Positions 24,695 to 32,000 of a DNA stretch of 32,000 nucleotides are shown here, in pieces. Within the stretch, counting starts at the first letter, position 1. Each line of letters begins with the position of its first letter. A program made the position numbers and the translations under genes. The stretch is from assembly GCA_965224465.1 (NCBI GenBank), contig OZ245049.1, positions 1,110,001 through 1,142,000 on the forward strand, in the 5' to 3' direction. This DNA is from Flavobacteriaceae bacterium (lineage in GTDB: Bacteria > Bacteroidota > Bacteroidia > Flavobacteriales > Flavobacteriaceae). Under the pieces are notes generated by a model. The model was not told the origin of the DNA and ran no database searches. It saw only the letters and a list, made by a program, of their open reading frames with translations.

Positions 24695-26413
24695 TTAAAC
24701 TTTTAAATTCTTGAAATACGATTTTAAAACCGCATCATTCAATGTTGTTGGTGTGAAAATTTCTAACAATTTAGGAATATCTTCCCCAAGATAGAAATTT
24801 TTCAACGTATTATCTAATGATTCTATATTTTCTACAGCACTATATTCAAATCCATACATAGCACTTAATTGTTTCGCTGTCAAACTATGAGGTGTTTCAA
24901 AATAAGCCAACGAATTGGTTGTTTGAGGTCCTGGAATAAATCTAAATATCCCACCTCCATTATTATTTACTACAATAATTCTGAAATTTTTAGGAATATA
25001 AGCATTCCACAAACCATTACTATCATATAAGAAACTGATATCTCCAGTAATAAGAACTCCTTGTTTATCCGAAGCTAGACTAGCACCTACGGCAGTACTT
25101 GTACTCCCATCTATACCACTAGTTCCCCTATTACAAAAAACATGAACATTAGGATTCAAGTCAAATAATTGGGCATATCTTATAATAGAACTATTACTCA
25201 ATTGCAACATACTATTTTCTGGAATGGATGCAATTAAGGCAGCCATCACCTTAAAATCCGAATATTCACACGTATTTACAAATTGTGTATGTTTTTCTAA
25301 TCGCAGCTCTTTTTTATGCAACCAAAAATCTCTAAAGCCACTGTCCTGAGGTTTTGTTAAAAAGAAAAACTGACTAAAAAATAATTGGGCAGAAACCTCA
25401 AAATGATGCTCCAAACAATGGTACGAATCATAAGCCCTCTTGGCATCTACATGCCAATGGTGCTTGGGTTGATACTTACGCAGCTGTTGTTTTATTTTTT
25501 TAGAAACAATCATGCCTCCTAAACTCAATAATATTTCTGGTTGAAATTTCTCCAAAGCTTGGTCATCCAACGGGAAAATAATTTTATCAATACTATTGAT
25601 AAACATTTTACCTGATACATTGGCGGTATTTTCTACCAGTACAATAACAGATGGATCTTTGGAAATATGTTCCAATTGTATCTGTAATAAATCGTCTGGT
25701 ACACTTGCCCCTACCAATACTATTTTCTTCTTAGCCTTATTCCAAACAGTTGCAAAAACTGCTAATTCATCCACATTTAAAGGAGTTTCATCCAATAAAG
25801 AGGTCTTGTTTTTTATACTATTGGAATCCAAACTTAAAAATGATGTATTGATGGTTAATTCAGAAACGGTATCATACAAAGGTTCGTTAAAAGGAACATT
25901 TATATGGACTGGTCCTTTTCCTTTTATAGCTATTTGTAATGCTTTCTGGATCTCAATTGCACTTTTTTCTTCTAAAATAGACGCCTTACTATCCAGAGAA
26001 ATCTCCTCTAAATTGGTGCTACTCAATACATGATTCCCAAAAACATTTTCTTGCTGAATGGTTTGCCCATCCCCAATATCAATCAAGTGCTTGGGACGAT
26101 CTGCTGTAATAACAATTAATGGAATATCACTGTAATAAGCCTCTGCAATGGCAGGGAAATAATTGAGTAATGCAGATCCTGAAGAACAAATTAACGCTAT
26201 TGGCTTATGAGTTTGCTGTGCTATTCCAAGGGCGAAAAATGCAGCACATCGCTCATCCACTATACTTAACAACTCAATACTCGGTTCTTGATTAAAACCA
26301 ATAATTAAAGGCGCATTGCGCGACCCTGGAGACACAACTACTTGTGTAATTCCATTTTCTTTACATGAAAGGACTATTTGCTGTGCGGATTTATGCCTTG
26401 GGTATACTGCCAT
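24695..26413 (-). CDS. menD: 2-succinyl-5-enolpyruvyl-6-hydroxy-3-cyclohexene-1-carboxylate (SEPHCHC) synthase
   Basis: ThDP enzyme with the MenD N-terminus VVSPGSRNAPL, GSALLNYFPAIAEA and ThDP-binding NRGTSGIDGSTSTAVGA ... GDISFLYDSNGL ... NNNGGGIF. Confidence 0.95.
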   Translation of the reverse strand: MAVYPRHKSAQQIVLSCKENGITQVVVSPGSRNAPLIIGFNQEPSIELLSIVDERCAAFFALGIAQQTHKPIALICSSGSALLNYFPAIAEAYYSDIPLIVITADRPKHLIDIGDGQTIQQENVFGNHVLSSTNLEEISLDSKASILEEKSAIEIQKALQIAIKGKGPVHINVPFNEPLYDTVSELTINTSFLSLDSNSIKNKTSLLDETPLNVDELAVFATVWNKAKKKIVLVGASVPDDLLQIQLEHISKDPSVIVLVENTANVSGKMFINSIDKIIFPLDDQALEKFQPEILLSLGGMIVSKKIKQQLRKYQPKHHWHVDAKRAYDSYHCLEHHFEVSAQLFFSQFFFLTKPQDSGFRDFWLHKKELRLEKHTQFVNTCEYSDFKVMAALIASIPENSMLQLSNSSIIRYAQLFDLNPNVHVFCNRGTSGIDGSTSTAVGASLASDKQGVLITGDISFLYDSNGLWNAYIPKNFRIIVVNNNGGGIFRFIPGPQTTNSLAYFETPHSLTAKQLSAMYGFEYSAVENIESLDNTLKNFYLGEDIPKLLEIFTPTTLNDAVLKSYFKNLKV

Positions 26414-26470
26414 TATCTATTAAAACGAGAGGGCAAAGATACATAAACTTATTCAAGTAAAAACATCTGA

Positions 26471-27538
26471 TTATAAGATCCCTTTTATGATTTTTGACTT
26501 AGACACCGTCTCTTTCCATTCGCTCTCTGGATCACTGTCTTTGGTGATCCCTCCTCCAACATATATAACTACATTTTTGTCCGTCAATTCCATGCAGCGA
26601 AGATTCACATACAAACTCGTTTTTTGCACACAATTCAATTCCCCCAGAAACCCCGTATAAAAAGATCTATCATAGCCTTCGTTCTCTAAGATAAATTTTT
26701 TCGCCTTGTTTTTTGGCAATCCACAAACCGCGGGTGTCGGATGTAAGTGATGGATTAAATCATCTACCTTTCCTCCTTCTTTTAAAGTCCCTTCAATATC
26801 TGTTCGCAAATGCAACAAGCTACCCGCTTTTGTAGTATAAGTATTGCTAGCTATAACTTTGTTTACAAAAGGCTTTAAATTTGTTTTAACAAATTCAGTA
26901 ACAATTTGTTGCTCTTCAATTTCTTTTTGTTTCCAAACAATTTTTTCTCCAGGAATAAAGACTTGTGTTCCCGCCAAAGACATTGTTTTTACTACATTAT
27001 TTTCCATTTCCAACAAACGCTCCGGAGAGGCACCAAGCCAAGTCCCTACCTTGGGATGAAACCATAGGTAAACATACGCAGCATTATAAGTTCCCAATAA
27101 ATTATGGAATAGGTCTACAGGAGCTTTCCCTTCTGCTGGAAGTATTTCCTTTCTAGAAAGTACAATTTTCTCAATGTCAGACTGTTCAATACAATCAATT
27201 CCTTTTTTTAATAATTCCAAATGATTCTTCCTAGACTCATCTTCTTCTGTTTCCTTGAGTTCTTTTTTTAACAAAGGCTTAATTTTCCCTGTATAAACAG
27301 TCTTTTTCAAGAGGTTTTCGGGAAACAACACAGCCTCTTTCCGACTGTCAAAAGGAGCAAAAACAAAACCGTTTTTATCAAAATCAGCACATAGGTGATA
27401 CGCATCACCTTGTTGTTCGAGCAAGGTAATTTCCTGTTTATTGGGCTTTCGAAACACCACAAAAGGTGTTTTTGAACGAAACAATTCTGTAAGTTTCTTA
27501 AAAAAATGTATTTCCAAAATACTTCTGTTTTTTAGCAA
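26471..27538 (-). CDS. menF: Isochorismate synthase
   Basis: Chorismate-binding C-terminus: LHPTPAVCGLP, YDRSFYTGFLG, GGGITKDSDPESEWKET. 355 aa, immediately upstream of menD. Confidence 0.9.
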   Translation of the reverse strand: MLKNRSILEIHFFKKLTELFRSKTPFVVFRKPNKQEITLLEQQGDAYHLCADFDKNGFVFAPFDSRKEAVLFPENLLKKTVYTGKIKPLLKKELKETEEDESRKNHLELLKKGIDCIEQSDIEKIVLSRKEILPAEGKAPVDLFHNLLGTYNAAYVYLWFHPKVGTWLGASPERLLEMENNVVKTMSLAGTQVFIPGEKIVWKQKEIEEQQIVTEFVKTNLKPFVNKVIASNTYTTKAGSLLHLRTDIEGTLKEGGKVDDLIHHLHPTPAVCGLPKNKAKKFILENEGYDRSFYTGFLGELNCVQKTSLYVNLRCMELTDKNVVIYVGGGITKDSDPESEWKETVSKSKIIKGIL

Positions 27539-27555
27539 GGTAATTCCTCTTAATT

Positions 27556-27978
27556 TTACTTCTTTATTTCTAAGACAATATTCGTTAATTTACACAAAGA
27601 AACAAGTTTCCCTGCTTCATCTGTCAATTTTATTTCAACCAAATGTGTTGTTCTTCCTTTATGGATAAATCTAGCCGTTGCTGTCAATACCCCAGAGACC
27701 ATCCCTCTCAAATGATTTGCTGTAAAAGAAATACCACGAACAAAATACTTTTCTCTATCTACTACCATCATAGACAACGGACTTCCTACACATTCTGCCA
27801 TCGCCAATGAAGCGCCTCCATTTAACACTCCGTCGGGTTGATGCACGCTAGGATCCACAGGCATCGTTGCCTCTAAAAAGTTTTCTCCAACATCTGTATA
27901 CCTAATTTTCAGTGTATTCATCAGTGTATTTTCACACATTTTATTAAGTCCTTCTAATACTTTTACTTTATTTTCCAT
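27556..27978 (-). CDS. PaaI/hotdog-fold thioesterase, probable 1,4-dihydroxy-2-naphthoyl-CoA hydrolase
   Basis: NTLMNTLKIRYTDVGENFLEATMPVDPSVHQPDGVLNGGASLAMAE is the PaaI-family pattern. It is the first gene of the menF-menD block. Confidence 0.75.
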   Translation of the reverse strand: MENKVKVLEGLNKMCENTLMNTLKIRYTDVGENFLEATMPVDPSVHQPDGVLNGGASLAMAECVGSPLSMMVVDREKYFVRGISFTANHLRGMVSGVLTATARFIHKGRTTHLVEIKLTDEAGKLVSLCKLTNIVLEIKK

Positions 27979-28015
27979 TGTTCATTTTCTAGGTGATAAA
28001 ATTACTAAATTTTAG

Positions 28016-28023
28016 TACATTTG
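28016..28023 (+). promoter_or_regulatory. Bacteroidota-type -7 box
   Basis: TACATTTG (TAnnTTTG) lies 22 nt upstream of the ATG at 28045 and overlaps the TTG that the ORF track used as a start. Confidence 0.4.
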
Positions 28024-28044
28024 CAGCAAATTAGAACTCAAAAG

Positions 28045-28545
28045 ATGGCGGTGAAGTATAGAATCATATTAGATGTTAAAAATGATGTAATTAGAGATGT
28101 TGTATTGGCAAATTCTGCTACTTTAGAGCAGTTGCATTTTTTAATTGCCAAGGCTTTTGGTTTCAATGGTCAAGAAATGGCATCGTTTTACAAAGCAGAT
28201 CCAGACTGGAACCAAGGAGAGGAAATACCATTGTTTGACATGTCAGAAGACGGCGTGGACACTAGCATGAAAACCTATTCTTTACATGATGCTACTCCTA
28301 ATATTGGAGACAAAATGATTTATGTCTACGATTTTATGAATATGTGGACGTTTTTTGTAGAAGTAACTGCTCAAGACCAAGAGGTAGCTTCCCTCACCAA
28401 ACCTGTTACTTTTGCCTTCGGGGATGCTCCAGAGGAAGCACCAGAAAAGAAATTCGAAAGTGAAATTGTACTTGGGGATGAATTTGACGAAGATATTTTT
28501 GACAATCCAGACAACTTTGACAATATAGACGACCTAGATTTGTAA
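28045..28545 (+). CDS. Plasmid pRiA4b ORF-3-like family protein with an acidic C-terminal tail
   Basis: MAVKYRIILDVKNDVIRDVVLANSATLEQLHFLIAKAFGFNGQEMASFY...DWNQGEEIPLFDM...MIYVYDFMNMWTFFVEV matches my recollection of the PRiA4_ORF3 domain. The tail is DEFDEDIFDNPDNFDNIDDLDL. Confidence 0.65.
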   Translation: MAVKYRIILDVKNDVIRDVVLANSATLEQLHFLIAKAFGFNGQEMASFYKADPDWNQGEEIPLFDMSEDGVDTSMKTYSLHDATPNIGDKMIYVYDFMNMWTFFVEVTAQDQEVASLTKPVTFAFGDAPEEAPEKKFESEIVLGDEFDEDIFDNPDNFDNIDDLDL

Positions 28546-28557
28546 GTTTAGGAGGTT

Positions 28558-28593
28558 ATACCAACTAAAATCCAAAATGACCGATATAAATAA
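28558..28593. repeat. Intergenic repeat A2, copy 3
   Basis: ataccaactaaaatccaaaatgaccgatataaataa is about 85-90 percent identical to the copies at 7778 and 24042. Confidence 0.7.
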
Positions 28594-28810
28594 AAGAGTC
28601 AAAAACTTTAGTTCTATAAAAAAGCAACCGAAGCCAGACAACACCTAGGAGAGAGAGATACCTTAAGGATCCAACTAATAAAAATGATGTACATTCATTA
28701 AATTGCACGTATGTCACTTATCTCGAATACACTAATCTAGCACACAACAAACTACACTGCATCGTTTTACACACAACATCCTCGTAGTGTTTTCTTAAAA
28801 AAACATTCCA

Positions 28811-28850
28811 CAAAAAAAATGCTATCTACACATTTGTAAATAGCATTTTA
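28811..28850. terminator. Hairpin terminator downstream of the minus-strand gene ending at 28872
   Basis: aaaatgctat (28815-28824) pairs with atagcatttt (28839-28848). An inner taca/tgta pairing extends the stem. Flanked by an A run and a T run. Confidence 0.5.
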
Positions 28851-28871
28851 AATATAGTTAGCTAAAGACTC

Positions 28872-29942
28872 TTAATTAATGATATAAATATTTACATCTT
28901 CGTAATTACGAACCACAAAATCAAAGGCTACTTTAAGGATTTCTCCCATAGAATTACATTTTTTAAAATATTTATCACCTGTTAATTTATTCAAGCCCAT
29001 TTTTAACTCTGCTGTTTTTTCTGGGGTAGAAATAGTATCATTAGACATGCATTCTAATAAGTGATTGATGCGTTCTTGAGAACCCAATATTCGACGCGCC
29101 GTAGCGGCACGTTCTTCTTTTTTGTACTGCTCAATAGATTCTTCTTGCAAGCCTTCACTCACCATCTTTACAAATTCGATATTGTCTGTAAAAAATTGTG
29201 GTAGGTATACATTTAATTTTCCTTCATAACATTGTTGATCAAAATCCATCGCACGAATTCTATACTGTACTTGATCAAAATCATACGAAGCTACAATCAC
29301 ATAATTATACGCCCGCATATCACCCAGTAAACGAATCAAGCAACGCTCATTAAACTTCACAAATTCTTTTGACAAACGTTTTTTTCCTAGTACTGTAACA
29401 TTATCTAAATTTTCTTCAATAAAAACATCTCCAGGAATCCCTAGTACATGTTCTTCTATTAATGTATCTTCATACACCAAAAAATTGATATTGTTAGGTG
29501 ACAATACATGTTCTAATTCTAATCCATAAATTCGAGAAGCATCTGCTTTTTTAACATATAAATAGGTATGATTATCATTCAAGATATTCCGAACCTTTAC
29601 TCGGAATGGGCTCGAATTCCCAAAAGTACAATAGTCAATAGCATCTACAGTCAAATATGCCAAGGCATCTTCTCCTCCATCACCATGTAAAATCATGTAC
29701 ATCCGTTTTAAACTCAAATCTATTTCATCGCGTTCATGTTCTGCGTAGTACACACGAATCCATAACGAATCTTCTCCATTTTTATCATACACTACAATAG
29801 AGCCAACAAAACGTAATAAATCATCGTAAGAAACAGGAATTTTTATATTTCTATTGTATACAGATAGATATTCGTAGAGTTCCGAATTAATAGGGTATGC
29901 AGGTTTTTTTTTTGATATCAATTTATCGCCCATAGTCATCAT
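28872..29942 (-). CDS. Hypothetical protein (about 356-369 aa) with protein-kinase-like motif order
   Basis: Long ORF. The track start is a TTG at 29981 and the first ATG is at 29942 (MMTMGDK). Ordered motifs are YLYVKK, LELEH, LIEEHVLG, LLGDMRAYN and IRAMDFD. No family recognised. Confidence 0.7.
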   Translation of the reverse strand: MMTMGDKLISKKKPAYPINSELYEYLSVYNRNIKIPVSYDDLLRFVGSIVVYDKNGEDSLWIRVYYAEHERDEIDLSLKRMYMILHGDGGEDALAYLTVDAIDYCTFGNSSPFRVKVRNILNDNHTYLYVKKADASRIYGLELEHVLSPNNINFLVYEDTLIEEHVLGIPGDVFIEENLDNVTVLGKKRLSKEFVKFNERCLIRLLGDMRAYNYVIVASYDFDQVQYRIRAMDFDQQCYEGKLNVYLPQFFTDNIEFVKMVSEGLQEESIEQYKKEERAATARRILGSQERINHLLECMSNDTISTPEKTAELKMGLNKLTGDKYFKKCNSMGEILKVAFDFVVRNYEDVNIYIIN

Positions 29943-30026
29943 TTTTATTGATGTTTCAAATTTACTATATTGCTGTAACAAAAATCAACATTTATCGTCT
30001 TATTTTTAGACTAAACACAACAGCTT

Positions 30027-30926
30027 TTGGAAACAATACTATCTATCACCAACTTACACAAAAAATATGGTAGCGTCCATGCCGTAAATAATTTATCCTT
30101 TACCATAGAGAAAGGAAATGTATATGGGATCTTAGGACCTAATGGAAGTGGGAAATCCACCACTTTAGGAATTATTTTAAACGTAGTCAATAGCAGCTCT
30201 GGTAGCTACCAGTGGTTTGACGGATCTATCTCTACACATCAAGCCTTAAAAAAGGTAGGTGCCATTATAGAACGTCCCAATTTTTATCCATACATGACAG
30301 CCATACAAAACCTACAACTGGTTTGTAAAATTAAGGACATTCCGTATGATAAAATAGAAGAAAAACTTAAAACTGTTGACTTACACGATCGTAGAAATTC
30401 TAAATTCGAAACATTTTCTTTAGGAATGAAACAGCGCTTAGCTATTGCTTCTGCCTTGTTAAACGATCCAGAAATACTAATTCTTGACGAACCGACCAAT
30501 GGATTGGACCCCCAAGGAATACACGCCATCAGAAAAATAATTAAAGACATTGCTTCTAAAGGAACAACCATTTTACTAGCTTCTCACCTTCTAGATGAAG
30601 TAGAAAAAGTATGTTCCCATGTGGTAATAATCAGAAATGGGATAAAGCTATACGCAGGTCGTGTAGATGAAATGACAACTAGCCATGGTCTTTTTGAACT
30701 GAAAACAGACCAAGAAAACCAAACACTTGAAACATTGATAAAGGGCATAAAAGAAATTGCAAGTATCTCTGTAGAAAATGGTTTGATTACTGCACAACTA
30801 AATGCGCCACTGGCTGCTTCTGACTTAAATTCTTTCTTGTTCAAAAACGGAATCACACTTTCTCACCTTGTCAAAAGAAAACCAAGTTTAGAACAACAAT
30901 TCCTTACTTTAACTACTAAAAAATAA
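30027..30926 (+). CDS. ABC transporter ATP-binding protein (ABC-2 type)
   Basis: Walker A GPNGSGKST, Q-loop, signature LSLGMKQRL-like FSLGMKQRLAIA, Walker B ILILDEPTNGLD and H-loop SHLL. It needs the TTG at 30027, since an in-frame stop lies at 30012-30014 and no ATG precedes Walker A. Confidence 0.9.
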   Translation: METILSITNLHKKYGSVHAVNNLSFTIEKGNVYGILGPNGSGKSTTLGIILNVVNSSSGSYQWFDGSISTHQALKKVGAIIERPNFYPYMTAIQNLQLVCKIKDIPYDKIEEKLKTVDLHDRRNSKFETFSLGMKQRLAIASALLNDPEILILDEPTNGLDPQGIHAIRKIIKDIASKGTTILLASHLLDEVEKVCSHVVIIRNGIKLYAGRVDEMTTSHGLFELKTDQENQTLETLIKGIKEIASISVENGLITAQLNAPLAASDLNSFLFKNGITLSHLVKRKPSLEQQFLTLTTKK

Positions 30927-30928
30927 TC

Positions 30929-31759
30929 ATGTTACGACTTTTATACATAGAACTTCATAAATTAAGACACAGTAGAGCTAGTAAGGTCTTGATTCTAATT
31001 TATTTTGCATTGCTCACTTCTATTTCGTTGATAGCTGCCATTAAGTTTGACGTTGGTCCCATCCAGTTTCACTTAGCTGATATGGGTATTTTTAACTTTC
31101 CATACATTTGGCATTTTAATACATTTACAGCTTCTATTTTTAAATTTTTCTTATTGCTTGTTATTGTCTCCATGATGGCAAATGAATACAGTAATAAAAC
31201 TCTAAAACAAAATCTAATAGACGGTTTAAGTAAAAAGGAATTTATTCTTTCAAAATTTTACACGGTGATTGCTTTAGCAGCATTATCAACTGTTTTTGTG
31301 TTTTTTGTGACTCTAATTTTAGGCTATAGCTACTCCGACTTTACAGAATTTAGCATTGTACTAATGGATATTCAGTTTTTATTCGCTTTTTTTATAAAAC
31401 TAGTTGGATTCTTTTCTTTTGGACTCTTTTTAGGGATTTTAATCAAACGTTCTGCTTTTGCAGTTGGCGCTTTATTAATATGGCTATTTATTGAAAACGC
31501 TATATTTAAAGGGATTCTTTTTTGGAAACTAAGAGACCATATGGACAGCATTATGAGGTTCTTACCCTTAGAAGCTATGAGCAATCTAATCAAAGAACCT
31601 GGGACACGATTGGATGCCGTAAAATCCTTAGGAAAACAAGTAGGAGAAAACTGGGGAGGAAAAGTTTCGGTACAACCTTTAGACCTATTTATTGTAATGG
31701 TTTGGACCTTTATATTTATTTACTTATCCTATATCTTGGTGAAAAAGAGAGACTTATAA
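30929..31759 (+). CDS. ABC-2 family transporter permease
   Basis: Starts 2 bp after the ATPase stop. About six hydrophobic helices, with an N-terminus (MLRLLYIELHKLRHSRASKVLILIYFALL) typical of ABC-2 permeases. Confidence 0.8.
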   Translation: MLRLLYIELHKLRHSRASKVLILIYFALLTSISLIAAIKFDVGPIQFHLADMGIFNFPYIWHFNTFTASIFKFFLLLVIVSMMANEYSNKTLKQNLIDGLSKKEFILSKFYTVIALAALSTVFVFFVTLILGYSYSDFTEFSIVLMDIQFLFAFFIKLVGFFSFGLFLGILIKRSAFAVGALLIWLFIENAIFKGILFWKLRDHMDSIMRFLPLEAMSNLIKEPGTRLDAVKSLGKQVGENWGGKVSVQPLDLFIVMVWTFIFIYLSYILVKKRDL

Positions 31760-31800
31760 CTCGTTTTTCATAAATCATATTACTGCCAAACAAATTGTTA

Positions 31801-31833
31801 AAATACCCTTAATTTATTGAGGGTATTTTTTTA
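31801..31833 (+). terminator. Rho-independent terminator after the ABC transporter pair
   Basis: aataccct (31802-31809) pairs with agggtatt (31820-31827) and is followed by a run of 7 T. Confidence 0.6.
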
Positions 31834-31971
31834 TATTTGGCTCTAGCGCTTTCAGAAATCATCCATTCCATGGATTCTATTCTAGAAAATGCAACCCATA
31901 GAAATATGCACCTCTAGACAGCAGTCTTTGTGTATATCTAACCCACGATTCAATAAACAGTAATAGTCCCA

Positions 31972-32000
31972 TGAAAAAAATAATTTACTTCCTGTTTTTA
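31972..32000 (+). CDS. Possible 5' end of a secreted or membrane protein (runs off the window)
   Basis: ATG at 31972 followed by MKKIIYFLFL, a typical signal-peptide start. Only 10 codons are visible. Confidence 0.3.

Noticed and set aside
28021-28044. TTG at 28021 as the start of the pRiA4b-like gene (track ORF 28021..28545).
   Set aside because: The TTG lies inside the TACATTTG -7 promoter box. The family-conserved N-terminus begins at the ATG at 28045 (MAVKYRIILD...).
28045-31759. A mobile genetic element or genomic island around the pRiA4b-like gene, the hypothetical gene and the ABC transporter.
   Set aside because: There is no integrase, transposase, tRNA target, long direct repeats at the boundaries or phage/plasmid genes. 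Base composition looks the same by eye as the flanking core genes.

Overview
This AT-rich window looks like core chromosome of a Flavobacteriia-type (Bacteroidota) genome. The evidence is the rpmB-rpmG-DUF4295 cluster, bshC, TAnnTTTG -7 boxes close to start codons, and several secreted or outer-membrane hydrolases. I support 29 protein-coding features, counting two partial CDSs at the window edges and one frameshifted pseudogene. In order they are: an EF-G family C-terminus, a small Cys-rich membrane protein, an ECF sigma factor, lipA, bshC, a frameshifted SAM-methyltransferase and an M14 carboxypeptidase. A long minus-strand array follows: menB, FAH-family, cinA, rpmB, rpmG, DUF4295, ftsY, rimO. 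Then come a 779-aa putative GAF protein convergent with an HD/Pycsar-effector-like membrane protein, and a 1246-aa lipoprotein joining a metallophosphoesterase to a C-terminal beta-barrel. After these are an esterase, a C1 peptidase, a second menaquinone block (thioesterase-menF-menD-S1-like), a pRiA4b-ORF3-like protein, a 369-aa hypothetical and an ABC-2 transporter pair. I saw no rRNA, tRNA, CRISPR array, integrase or transposase. I do not see a complete, clearly novel multi-gene system. The best leads are: (1) an orphan HD + PycTM-like membrane effector-type fusion; (2) four short repeat families (named A1, A2, B and C here) arranged in different combinations at four intergenic loci, including a perfect 25-bp palindrome and GCAAG-loop hairpins; (3) kinase-like catalytic-loop motifs inside the 1246-aa outer-membrane protein and the 369-aa hypothetical; (4) a homopolymer frameshift and an A10 tract in coding sequence. 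All family assignments come from reading motifs in the translations; no database search was run.
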